Positions 42,461 to 54,261 of a stretch of 64,000 bases of DNA are shown here, piece by piece. The translations under genes and the position numbers were made by a program. Location of the stretch: assembly GCA_046563655.1 (NCBI GenBank), contig CM102289.1, forward strand, positions 5,208,001 through 5,272,000, read 5' to 3'. The first letter of the stretch is position 1. Each line of letters begins with the position of its first letter. The notes under the pieces are model-generated. The model was given only the letters and a program-made list of their open reading frames with translations, did not search any database and had not been told where the DNA came from. The DNA comes from Yuukianura sp. NJ FZ-2021. Taxonomy: Eukaryota.

Positions 42461-43180
42461 CTGGCAAATCACTTACAGGAAGACTGGCATTTAATATTGC
42501 AGGTTAAATTCAATTACCTTTGAAAAAATATTCGTAGTGAGTTTACAAATAAAACCTACAAATTAAAAAAATCTACAAGTTAAATATTTCTTCCAGGTTT
42601 TGAAAAAGAAATTTCCAAAGTACGCTGTACACTGTACATCAAACTATTAGCGAGCAAACAATGAAAGTGTTTCTAAAATTCAAATTTGTCTTAAAAGGAA
42701 TTTTAAAAGAAAATATCCACGAATTGTTAGAAATGAATTAACCAATTCACTTATTATTGAAATTCGAAAAGTTCAAAAAATTTGTCGTTTGTAGACTTTG
42801 TAGACAGACTAATGCTGTATTAATATTATTGATCGAAGACTACAATCAAAAACACGAAAACACAAATTTTCAAACAAAACAAAAACAAGTGAAATTGTAA
42901 AGAAACTTCAACTTCAATATGCAACTTCAGTGTTAGTTTTTGATAAAAACAAGACAAATACACCTATTGCTACAACTTTTTTATTCAAAATTTCACAACA
43001 ATTTGACATTGACAATTTCCATTTACCTTAATTGTCGCATTGAATCGCAAGCATGAACTAAAGTGCCTCAAAAAAGTTATATAAAATACGGAGAAGCTGG
43101 AGAAAAATTTAATTTGCTTTGGGTTTCCACATTGTAACACACTCTCGGAATTGTTTAAACTAAACGTTTGTTTAACCTAA

Positions 43181-44522
43181 ATGGGTTGCAGTGTGTCTGA
43201 CGCCTCTTTGCTAAAAATTGCTGCATATTTTGGAGCTTTTGTAGGCCTTTTCCCAGTTTTTGACATTAAGAAGTCAATTTACGAACTAAGTTGGAAAAGT
43301 TTGAATGGATTTTGCACAATTTTTGTACTTAGCTTTGCCATTTGCTCTTTACCACTCGTAGTCCCATTTGACATTGCCACCATCAACACAGCAGTTGATA
43401 TTGTCCATTTCATTTCCGAACTAAATTTAAAACTTGCTCATGTAATGTTTTGGACTCATTTGGCGTACATAAGCAGCACATACTTTGCATACATGTACTT
43501 TTTGCCAAGTATTATCCAATTATTTAGTAGAATCGACACATACATTAAAAGCAGCAAACTTCGGTGCAATTTTACAGCAAAAGGACTCGTTACCGCAATT
43601 TCTCCTGTTTTGCTTGTTGTTGGAAGTCTTATAATGGAGTCAGTTTATGCACTTCTACGGATCGTAGGTTTTGAGCTAAATTTTCCAAACTTTGAAATTT
43701 ATGGATTGAACATTCCGTTCAAAATTTTGAACACCATAGTTGCAGTTTTTATGCTTTTAGTCGTATGTCCAAGTATTGTTGTCATTGTTTTCATTTCTTT
43801 CATAACGGTAATATTAGAGCAACGGCTGACTAAAATTCAAGAGTTGTTGAACGTGGAACATCGAGTGACTGAAATTTGCGGAATTTTGAAAGGCGGAATT
43901 TGGCATAAAAAGGTTGTCACACGGGGTTTCAACTTTGCTGCAGCCGAAATAATCGAACTGCATGAAATTTTTGAAAAATTTGCAAATGGAACTCAAGTAT
44001 TTTTTGTAATTGAGCTTTGCTTCACGTCCTTTGCGCTAACCTTGACTACTTTTCATGTGTGTACTACAATGAATATTATTTTGTATGTGTCGCCTATTCT
44101 GCTTTTGATAAACGTTACCATCATAGGTGCAATAATTTTAAAACTAGTGTGGCTCACTAACTGTGGAGAACGACTTGCGTCAAAGGTAACGTTTAACTAA
44201 CAAAAGTTCGTTTTGACATTTTTGATTTTTTGTTTTTTATGGTTTTAGAGGAATTTACTTTTCAAGAGTGCTTCCTTGATACCGCCAATAACGGTATCTG
44301 ATCAAGAAAGTTTGGCGTACCTAAAACAGTTGACAGCGGTTGCAAAATTTGAACTAACTGGATTTGGCTATTTCAAAATTAATCGAACACTGCTGACGTC
44401 GGTAAGCAAAATCAAAACAAAGCCAAAACAAAAACAAATCACTCGCATTAGTTTTCTTTTGTTAGATTTTGAGTGCTGTTGTTACTTACAACGTAGTGCT
44501 GGTGCAATTTCAAGGTTCGTAG
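43181..44522 (+). CDS. Gustatory receptor (7TM chemoreceptor) family protein
   Basis: Exons 43181-44185, 44249-44401, 44466-44522. Multiple hydrophobic helices. C-terminal LTGFGYFKINRTLLTS|ILSAVVTYNVVLVQF matches the GR TYhhhhhQF signature, with typical phase-0 C-terminal introns. TATAAAA at 43080. Confidence 0.92.
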
Positions 44523-45606
44523 GAGTTGTAGTGCGATAACTGCACAAGCATAACGCAAGTCACAAGTAGTCGTGTATGAATGTCGAAGCAACCAATGGTC
44601 AATCTGTACAATTTTTAACCTAAGGAAATGTTGTAGTATCTCCGAATTATCTGAATAGTTGTACCGTAATACATGTATAGGATTACCGTATTACATGTAC
44701 TTTCCCGTTTTCTGAATTTCAAATGTCGTGACTCAGCAGTACGCATTTTGCACCTGAATTAAGTATCCGTGCACTAATTAATCATAAATTAAAACGACAA
44801 CACTTGAAAGTTGATGTTGCCTAACTCTGAAATAACATGAAATGGCAGGTCAGACAGACAGACAAACAACGTCGACACATCAAGTGGTTTTGGATGCTTA
44901 ATAATACTCTAAATGTTACAATTTCGAATTCACTAAAGAAAAATTTTGACAAGGTAATTTCCAAAGTGCTCTATGCACTGTATAGCAAACAAGTAGCCGG
45001 CAAACATTAAACGTGCATCTAAACATTCGAATTTTGGCAAAAGGTTTGAAAAAATGTAGAAGTTTTAGTTTACAAAAGAATATGAAGACCAAGCTAAAAT
45101 ATTGGTAAACAAAAGTTAGATAAAAAGGGAATGACAAAAGGAAAATTATTTATTTTTCATCACGCAAAATTGCAAATGGAGAATTATTTATTTTTCATTA
45201 TGCAAAATTACTTAATTTTTTTTCCAACTTAGAGTTTGAAGTCTTTAGTGCCTGCAACCGTATCTGGTCAGACGTTCCGCTGTTCTTGGTCATGGTCAAG
45301 CAATTGTGCAAATGAAAAAAATTCTTTGAGTGCTGAAATTGTAATTACTAAAATGGAAAATTTGTTGACGATGTGAAAGTGGCATGAATAATTTAGCGCC
45401 ATAAAACGAATTCCCTCTTTTTCAATTTTGCCAAATACCCGTAATCTTCTCACAAATTCTAATATTTTCAGAGAGTTTTCTTAACGAAAAGCGAAACCTT
45501 TTTTTGTTAAGCGAAATTTTTAACTTTTTCAACAAAATTCACGCTACACAATTAGCACACCAAATTCTTTTGATTGCAATTTTATTTTATACCTGTTGTT
45601 TAGAAA

Positions 45607-47010
45607 ATGGTCAACTCTGAAGTTTCAGTTTCCGAAATCTCTCTCATTCGCGCCTTGGCTCGATTCGGTTATTTTACGGGGATATTCCCAATATCGAATT
45701 TGCACGGTTCAAAATTTCACTTCCGCTGGAAAAGTCCGTCTGGAATTTGCACAATTTTCTGTTTTCTCTTTAACACAATTTTAGTCCCATTTATGTTTAT
45801 TTTTATTGAATTGCTAAACAAAACAATGGTTGATGAAAAATCATTTGCGAAGATATACAACATGTTTTACATCAAAGTCGCACAGCTATTTCTCTATCTT
45901 AGTTTTAGTTGTAGCATATTGGCATACTACGCGTACTTTTACAATCTCCCGCGAATTTTGAAACTATTCCAAACAATAGCATATCACGTCCAGAACAGTA
46001 AATTTCGATGTGGTTACACATGGAAACAAACTCTACACCTCGTTCTTCCTGTTTTGCTGTTTCTTATTCATAATGTAATTTTTATGTTACACTGCGCGTT
46101 TTGTACAAATCAGCACCCTTCAAACTTCCTCTTCAAAACTCCAAAAATTTTCTTTCCAAATTTTTGCATGCATACACTTACTCAGTTTGATTTTGATTGA
46201 ATTTACGGAGCTTTTCCTTGTTGCTCTTGTGACGTTGGTATCGTCAATAGTTGAGCGACGCCTACGAAACGTTGAGCAATTTTTATTTCCAGAAGAAACG
46301 GCCAGTAAAATTTCAAAAACTTTAGAAGACCGGACGTGGTGCACAAGAAATTTTTTGTCAAATTTTGGTTTTGATGCGGCTGCAGCTGAAATAATTCGGC
46401 TGGGGGATATTTTCGAACAATTCGTTGACGCCGTTCAAATATTTCTTAGTATCCACCTAGGCTTTACCACGTTCACTTTTCTCATTTGTTCTTTCCATCT
46501 CGTGACTACATTGACAAAAGCATGGCATCTTTTCCCTGTCTTGTATTTCATGGATATGTTGAATTTTGTATTGCTGTTTATCAAAATCAGTTGGATTGCT
46601 AACTCCGGAGAACGCATCTCTACAAGGGTAAAAGGACTCAATTGGATTTCATTTTTTTTGAGTTCTTACAAAGTAAGTCATGATTTATTTCAATTGACGT
46701 TATTTAATTTGTTTTGAATTATTTTCTAGAAAAATGCACTTGTGCAGAGAATTGCAACACTCCCAACGACGTTGGTGTTAGATGCTGAGGGACTATACTA
46801 TCTGAACAACCTGGTAGCAAATGTGTCATTTCAATTGACAGCACTTGGATTTTTCAAAATTCGGAGATCATTAATAACATCTGTAAGCTACGTTTAGACA
46901 ACTTAGCACAAACTGCTTTGAAATGCCTAAACTGTTGGTGTGACATTTCCTCCCAGATTTTGAGTGCTGTGGTGACCTACAACGTCGTCCTGTATCAATT
47001 TAACAATTGA
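45607..47010 (+). pseudogene. Second gustatory receptor paralog with one frameshift (pseudogene or sequencing indel)
   Basis: Exons 45607-46627, 46730-46882, 46957-47010 (ILSAVVTYNVVLYQFNN*). Exon 1 changes frame between ~46079 and ~46140. The downstream frame SFQIFACIHLLSLILIEF...VERRL aligns without gaps to PFKILNTIV...LEQRL of the first GR. Confidence 0.85.
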
Positions 47011-47546
47011 AACTGAAAAGGCAAAAGGGGCTTCGAATTTTAATTATTGTTTAATTTAGAATTTATCAATATTGTGCGAACATTTATATAGGAAAAATTT
47101 TAGCTTAAAACTCTAGTTTAAAAATTTAAAACTTAGAAGGCTTTAATCTTAATTTGGCTTCTTTGACCTTGGAGTTTTGTAGTTGTCATTTGACTTGTCC
47201 TACTCATAGAAACAATGACAATCCCGATCAAGGATCAAGAAATGTCAATATATAAATTTCGAATAATAATTGATTAAATAATAATAAAATATATAATATA
47301 TACAATTATTAATTTATCGATTAAATAATTCCCTCAGAATCAATTATTTCAACATCATTATCAAGCAAGAATTTCATCAACTTTTTTGAAGTTGTCCTAA
47401 TATATTCCAATTTAGCACTTAAAAAGAGACCAGATTAAAAATTTGTTTCAAGAACAAAAAACTTTGTGCTAAGTTAATAAAATTAACACATTTTCCAAAC
47501 CAAATTTAAATTCAAATTCAAAACACTGAAATACTGACCCAAATAC

Positions 47547-48728
47547 GGGTTTATGCCATTCCGTCAAAAACAAGACATAAGCAGAAAACACATAGGCACC
47601 AAAGACATAAGCAAGAACGACTGAAGCAACACAAGCACATGATCACCTCAAACACATCAGCAGACAGGACATAAGCAGGCGCTTTTGGATGTTGAAGCGT
47701 TTTGGGTTGAGGCGATTTTTCGAAAGAGGCATATTTTTTTGGCACATATTGAACAGGCGCTTTTTGGTTACCGTAAATGCTCTAATATAAGCGCGCCGCT
47801 TATAAGAATTTTCGACCTTTCCGACGCGCCTCTATTAGAACACTATTTATTACCGGAATAATTAATAAGTTTTAAGTGAGGCAAAATTCAATTAATAGTG
47901 ATCCCATTCGTCGTTGGTTTCACTTGCTTTCTTCAAAGCCTCCTCCAGCTGTGCCCACTGTAGTAATACTTGGCATGTCAAAAAATATTCCAGTCATGGC
48001 AATAATATTTGGGTTTGAAATTTTAGTCGTAACAGCGAGGTTGGAAGTGTACATGACGAACTCAACAAGCTTCTCAAATAACGAATTTGGATCTTTTTGA
48101 GCCAACGACGTTTTCTTTCTCAAACTGAGGTCATGGCGCTTCATAAATTTTTGTAGCCAACCACTGCTGGCCTGAAATTCGTTTGTTTGAAGCACTGCAT
48201 AGTAGACTTCCCTAGCTTTCACACGAATAGATTTGAAAGAGACACTTTGCTGGTTGGTGCGCTGATTTAAAATCCAATCGTAAACCATTTTGTCTGCTTC
48301 TTTAGAAAGTTGTTTTCTCGAGTCGAAAGCTAAAATTAGTTAAATTTTTACCGATTTTATCCTTTTGCTTCAGCCAACTGAAGACTTGTTTTCGGTGTAT
48401 TCCGAAGTGAGCTGCGGTACCACCCGTGCTATTAGTAGAAGCGTACTGAACCACTTTTAACTTAAAACTGAGATCAAACAATCGTCTTTTAGTTAACACC
48501 ATTTTTAAAACTTGTATTTAAGTGCTACATTTTGATTTGAGTCAAATTAGCAACATAGAAAACAGATGATGTCACTTTGCTCTAGGCTCTGCTTTAAACT
48601 CAAGTTAGCTACCGCGCTTATATCGCAATTTGCCCCCGCTGAAACCGCGCTTGCATTAGAGTATGCGCTTATATTAGAATACGCGCTTGCATTAGAGCAT
48701 TTACGGTAGGCGCATATGACCTGGAACC
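47547..48728. mobile_element. Foldback/MULE-like MITE remnant that hosts the pogo insertion
   Basis: Termini GGGTTTATGCCATT (47547) and ...ATGACCTGGAACC (48728) resemble those of 9513-9760. Internal ACATAAGC and GGCGC motif arrays. The GGCGC array is split by the pogo element. No matching TSD. Confidence 0.5.
47771..48706 (-). mobile_element. pogo/Tigger-type DNA transposon, internally deleted
   Basis: TA on both sides. 25-bp TIR CCGTAAATGCTCTAATATAAGCGCG with 2 mismatches in the right copy. Subterminal CGCTT(G/A)(C/T)ATTAGA repeats. Minus-strand transposase: Brinker-type HTH (FKLKVVQYA...AAHFGIHRKQVFSW), CENP-B/Tc5 HTH (FQASSGWLQKFMKRHDLSLRKKT), and the start of a DDE_1 domain lacking the first Asp (IIAM-TGIFFDMP), then truncated. 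Confidence 0.92.
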
Positions 48729-49004
48729 AGGAATGGAACTAATTGCAGGATTTCATTACGGGAGGGTTCAGACGAGATTGGCCATCCTCCAGCGTCAAGA
48801 TGTGGTGGAGAAGAGATCACGTTTTTATGAATAATGAAAACCAATAGGAACAGCCCATTTTCATTTGATCAAAAGATTTGGATCAATTATTTTATCTTTA
48901 ACTATATTTTTAATTGCTCAAATTTATGTCTTCAACCTGCCATTGGCAGGTGCATGTTTTTAGTTAAATGTTGAATAAATCTTTTCAACAGCCCAACTCC
49001 GAAA

Positions 49005-49540
49005 ATAATAATCTACATGGACGAGACTTGGCTTGACTCAAACGCCCGTGTCACTAAAGCGTGGATTTCAAAGGTGTATGCACACGCAGTACTCATTCAA
49101 AAATCATGTTGTTTCGAAAGGGGTTGCGAATCCTCGCGGGTACGGTATTTTATCGGGTTGAAGGACAATTTAATTTTAATGCTTATATTGTTCTTGGCAC
49201 TAATTACATGTGTTTACATTTAACTAGCATCACTGGCATAATACAACCGCTTGCAAAAATTTAGAAAATTAAGAAAGGAGCAGAAATGGCAGATTATCAT
49301 CAGAACTTAAATGCAGCGGTATAACGGTTCCTTCTAACAAACGATTATTAAGTTAATTTCTTTTTCTTATACAACGATAAATAGGTATACTTAAAATGGA
49401 TTGCAGAAGTTGTGGAATACTTAAAGGACAAAGGCAGTCACATGATTGTGATTGATAACACCCCATACCAATCTAAAGGTAATGCTCCCACTTCGAAAGC
49501 AACAAAGAAGGAGCTGTATGATTGGCTCGCTGAACGCGTC
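49005..49540 (+). pseudogene. Decayed IS630-Tc1/mariner transposase fragment (DETW...DYH...DNxPY type, Sailor/DD82E-like)
   Basis: IIYMDETWLDSN, then GIIQPLAKI*KIKKGAEMADYHQNLNAA (in-frame stop), intron 49319-49384, then VYLKWIAE...IVIDNTPYQS...PTSKATKKELYDWL. Interrupted at ~49545 before the final catalytic Glu region. Confidence 0.75.
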
Positions 49541-49842
49541 ATGGATCCGACCATTCAACTGGGAACCTACCTCTTGGTCAGTTATCCGGTAGCTTTACTT
49601 TGCCTAACTAGTAAACCAGTAGGTACTTGGCCACACTGGCACCTTTAACAGTCTAGTAAGTAAATTAGCAAATACACTTCTCTTAAAACCGTCGTTTCAC
49701 TTCCTTTATTTCTGCGAGTCCGCGAGAACCACAACTACCATCAGGATGGGCCCACCTCAATGGGAACTTCAGCTCAACACCAGTCGTCAAAAAAAAGACC
49801 AAGAGGAGGAAGCGTCAAGGAAAGACACTACCTCTAGGTACG

Positions 49843-50186
49843 TGTAGTGACTAAAGTGAATTCGGGCTACTTTAAGGGATACGATGACGCACAAGCTCAC
49901 ATAAGCGTGCGGCCATTGACTTAAATATGTCCACGTGTGTTCACGTGTTAAAGTTATGTGGTTGCCACGTAAGTTACCACGCCTTAGAGTTATGAATAAT
50001 GCACATCTGCTATGCTTAGGTTACTGCCAGTTAGCTTAAGAAGCATCTTAGAATTAGGAGTCATATGCGCAGAACACTGTGAGCAAGATGACCCAGTCAT
50101 AACTGTTGTTGATTCTGTGGTTGACCGCTCAACGTCTTCTTAAATAAATCGACAGTTCACAATTACGTCATCACATTTTCACTATA
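49843..50186 (+). mobile_element. Solo LTR (344 bp)
   Basis: Begins TGTAGTGA and ends TCACTATA (inverted, one mismatch). Near-identical 5-bp flanks GTACG / GTCCG. AATAAA at ~50143. Confidence 0.7.
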
Positions 50187-50529
50187 GTCCGCGGGATCTA
50201 AACATAACTGCACGTGGGTATATCAAGACGCTGCCCGTGGGGTCTCCTGCAATACCTCGAGGGAGGAGGACCTCCCGCCTCACCTTTTCCCTCCTTTCCC
50301 CACCTTTCCCTTGAGAGCTGTCCCTAATGCTTTTAGCACCTGACGTTAAAATCATGTTATATTATCTACTACCAAATCTCCCAAAGATCTCAAACTTAAC
50401 AAGTTAAAACAAAACCTGGTAAGAAGCTCGAATTAAATAGATATACTACTATATACCTACTATTTAGACAAACAATAATATGTAACAGCAATTCTGGCCC
50501 AACGCACAATTGAGTGAGAATTAGAATTC

Positions 50530-51380
50530 AAGGTCAAACTAAAAAAATACCCTGTCAAATAGACCTCTGTCCTGTCCGAACAGAATCTGTGGGAACTTCA
50601 AGATAAGTCGAAATCATGCAGTAATGTGCTAAATACGATGCCTCCTCCACTATTTAATTATTACCAAATGTGTCTGCCATGTGAATCGCTGATGCGACGA
50701 ATTGCTGAGAAACATGTTGGTTTTGATGATTTTAAATACACCAGTTAATTAATTCTCTTATTTCTACATCCCGAGTTTTTGTTTTGGTAGAATCTGTATC
50801 GCTACATTGGTGGGCTCCTTGAGCGCGATTTTCCTGATACTACAGTATCCTTACTGTCTCCAGATGAGACTAATGATACTGGTAAATTTTTGAGGAAACT
50901 CTCTAGCCTCATTGGAGAGAGACTTCTGGATCCTAGTGCGCTGCCTAATGTAAGTATACCGCTTAACGGGCATAACGTAAACTAAATTACAATTTTTGTT
51001 TCTTTATCCTATTGTTTTTGTATAGTGTACTCAGGATATAATATCATACATTTGTGTCCTATTTATCGACAAAATGAAAACTTGCAAAAGAATTTTGCAT
51101 TCATGTAAGTAAAACTTTTCAATTCAGATTTTTATTCTTATTTTGTCTGATTTGAGTTTAATTTTGCAGGTTTTGGGATGTCACTGCTTCCCAATTTTAA
51201 ATTTCTGACACCCTTAACGAGGTTCAAGAGAACGAGACCAACAACGAATTAGTTTACTATATGTGTGACTTTCTAGCTGGAAGTAACTCCACACCGGAAA
51301 TTTTAGGGGTTCCTAAATTTCTGGATAATGGGCTTCCCGGCTTTCAACGATGTGAAAAAATTCATGTAAAAAAAATTTAA
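50530..51380 (+). pseudogene. Multi-exon gene fragment of unknown identity, weak HECT-like C-terminal motif
   Basis: Clear splice signals around 50791-50949, 51026-51104 and from 51170. The final segment FWDVTASQF*...LVYYMCDFLAGSNSTPEILGVPKFLDNGLPGFQRC resembles the HECT FW...FxTG...P..G...LPxxxC pattern. In-frame stop and phase mismatch present. Confidence 0.3.
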
Positions 51381-51444
51381 CTGTGGAGCCTGTGAGTCAG
51401 AGTTTTATGCACGTAGTGTCCTCAACAAAGATGTTGGGGGTTCT

Positions 51445-52591
51445 GTGACTACGCCATTAGTATTCACTTCAAATAACCTTTCCAGCAGCTTGGAATCGCT
51501 GACCCGAGAAATGAATGAAACCATCACAGAAGAAACCGAAACTGCTAGACATGTGAACGTCTTGTCACGAGAAGTTAACACGTTTCAAAGAGGCTTCATG
51601 CAAACGTATTTCCATCTAAATCCAATCGCGGAAATTATGCAGTTCACGGACCTTCAATCACATTGCCGTAGCCACACAATTCCCTTACTCGCCGTTAATC
51701 CTCAAAGACTCAGCAAAGATTTACGAAGTATCAACCGAAAAATCAGAAGCGATGGTTACACCTTGGCGATTCCAGCAGAAGATGTTTCAAAATACTACAA
51801 ATTGCGAATCGCAGACTGTACCTTCACTCCGGAAGAAAGAGTAATTTTTCGAGTTAAAATTCCAATTCGACAAATTGAAGAAAATTGGAAACTATTTGAA
51901 ATGGTTAACATTCCGTTTGGTTTCAAGGGAAGCATTTGCATGATCCATCATGCACCCATTTACGTCGCCGTTGCAGCCAACAACATCATCACCATCCAAG
52001 GGACTCAGCTACAACAGTGTCAACCACACTCTGGACTCTGCCTCGTTCCCCGAACAAACAGTAATCCAATGGTCGGATTCTTTTGTGTCAAACATCCTGA
52101 AAGGTTCTAGCGTACGAGAGCTGAATGACGTATGTATTTTTGAGTGTGTGTTGGGAAACAACGAATTAACGGTCACTCAATTAAGCTATAACACTTTTAT
52201 CCTAACTGGAAAAGTTGAAGGCACTAAAATTGATTGTGGTGAAACTAAGAGCTTTTCGGGAGGTCCACCGACGGAAGGCGTGGGAAGCTTCCAGGTCAAA
52301 TTAAGCTGTGATTGTTCAGTCAAAATTCCCGGAAGATCGCCAATTCCACCTCCGTATCCTTGCCCAGATGACCTCCTAAACTTTCAAACAGTCCATATCA
52401 TAATCCCTGCCGTTATGTCCAAAATTGATGTCATGCTAAAGGCTAATAATCGGGGTGAACCAGTTACTTATCCCCACCTCCGCGCAGTTTTCAATGAAAC
52501 TTGGGACCTTGGTTCACCCCGCCTAAACTTAACGGAAGTCAGCAGAATCAAACAATTGGTAGTTCCAAATTTAATTAACAATTTAGAGTAG
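51445..52591 (+). pseudogene. Retroelement/viral envelope glycoprotein ectodomain fragment (baculovirus F / errantivirus env-like), frameshifted
   Basis: Intronless. Heptad-like helix, then P.RL..DL..I......LAIP.....YYKL...C.....IFRVKIPI....WKLFEMVNIPF and a Cys-rich region. Frameshift near 52090. Lacks the N-terminal cleavage site/fusion peptide and the TM anchor. Confidence 0.75.
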
Positions 52592-52884
52592 GTATTGAGT
52601 AACGTGTTCCAAAAAGCATTACACTTCGGCAGAGGACATTTCGTTTCCATGCCACATCAGTTTGGACTGGACACTGTCCATATTTTCAAAGTCGGTCATT
52701 TGCTTAAAAACGTGGCCAGTTGAGGGTTCACTTGACACTGTGTCGCGAAACATAACCAAATAGTGGCGTATTCCCATCAAAATTTCAATTAGATCGTCAT
52801 GGACAATCTCAATGACAACAGGTCCTTTTTCAAGAAAAAGGCGCTATTGTTAGCGATTTGACGAGGACTCCAGGCGAGAGACAT
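52583..52884 (-). pseudogene. Small intronless ORF remnant of unknown function
   Basis: MSLAWSPRQIANNSA, then after a frameshift LEKGPVVIEIVHDDLIEILMGIRHYLVMFRD...SAEV*CFLEHVTQYLL*. AT/TATA-rich spacer upstream. No family recognised. Confidence 0.3.
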
Positions 52885-53460
52885 GGTTTGTACACTTCAA
52901 AATCCAAATTTATACTGAGGAAGGTTATAATTTGTATTTATAATATATACTTTTTCTATTTATATAAAATATAATTAATTAATTATGTATGTTGCTTTCA
53001 TAGTATAATATTTAATACAACATCAAATATTCGCAACATGGAATTTTCGTAAAATGCAATGCATTACCCGTCATGAAGTATGATTTGCCACCCTCCTGTT
53101 TCAAACCACAAGGAACAGCTGATTGCCATCTCACTTTGAGCATGTGATCTGTCAATCTCTTTTGTTGTTACCAAGGCAGAAATCAGCTGAGTTTGCAAGC
53201 ATGTGTTGGATCATGCAGTAACTAATGCGAGAAAGTTGCCACCGTTTCAGTTTTAAAATGAAATTAAAAGTGATAGTGATAAACACGGATTAGACTAAGT
53301 GAAGATGCCGAATTTGCACTTTACAGTTTTCTTGTGTCCCTTTGACACATTCAAAGAAGATGCTATCCATAATCCGTTTGAGGCACCTATATAATAAGGA
53401 GTCACTGGAGAGCAAAGTAACTCATAATCCTTCAGTTTCCAATTTTCTTAGAAACTCAAG

Positions 53461-54182
53461 ATGGTCCGAACACGACAACATGGTGAGACTTAATTTAAAT
53501 ACTAATAGATTTTTGAAAATCCTTCTTTAATGCTAATAATATATATTATATATTTTGCAGGGAATCGCGTGACTCCAAACCCAAAACTCGGACGAAAAAA
53601 AAAACGCGAACTGGTAAGAATTGAATCGACAATCGTAAATAACAGACTTGATAACTGTTTATTTATTTTTTGATTAGACAAAAAATATTATGCGAAGGCA
53701 ATTCTGTCACATCGTGAAGTTAATGGACAACTGGAATTCAAGGTGAAGTGGGTTGGAAACACAGAAACATGGGAGCCTGTTGAAAACTTAAAGTCAGCGT
53801 CCTACTTGGTAGCTAAGTATTGGGGCTCATTTAATGGTAAGTTTTCCTTAATTCATCTTAATATTAACCATTTATTATATAAATTGTATTAAGTTTTATG
53901 GTATCTTATTTTCTAGGTTTTTCTGTTAAGGAAATTCAATATTGCCTACACAATAACGAGCGAATGGAGTATCTGGTGTATTGGGGAGCACCATACGAAG
54001 GCTGGACTCCGTGGGAACCCGAGTCATTCGTTTCCGAATCAGCAAAAGAAGCCTTCGAGAAAAGGACAATCAACACAATATTTAATAACTTATCAGACTA
54101 TTTCGAGAATCTAGGCACTACGCCTGGCTGTCCGGAGGTAGATCTGCTTTTGAATGATAACGAGCTAATATTTTCTCAATAG
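53461..54182 (+). CDS. Small tandem-chromodomain protein (needs one extra A in the poly-A at 53595-53604)
   Basis: Exons 53461-53482, 53561-53613, 53678-53836, 53917-54182. CD1: YYAKAILSHREVNGQLEFKVKWVGNTETWEPVENL. CD2: FSVKEIQYCLHNNERMEYLVYWGAPYEGWTPWEPESFV. Basic NLS-like RKKK. The chromodomain exons are solid; the first two exons are inferred. Confidence 0.8.
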
Positions 54183-54261
54183 TAGAGAATTTTTGCTTAC
54201 ATATATTGGACATCAATATCATAATAACAATAATATATAATAATATATATGAAGCTTAAGC

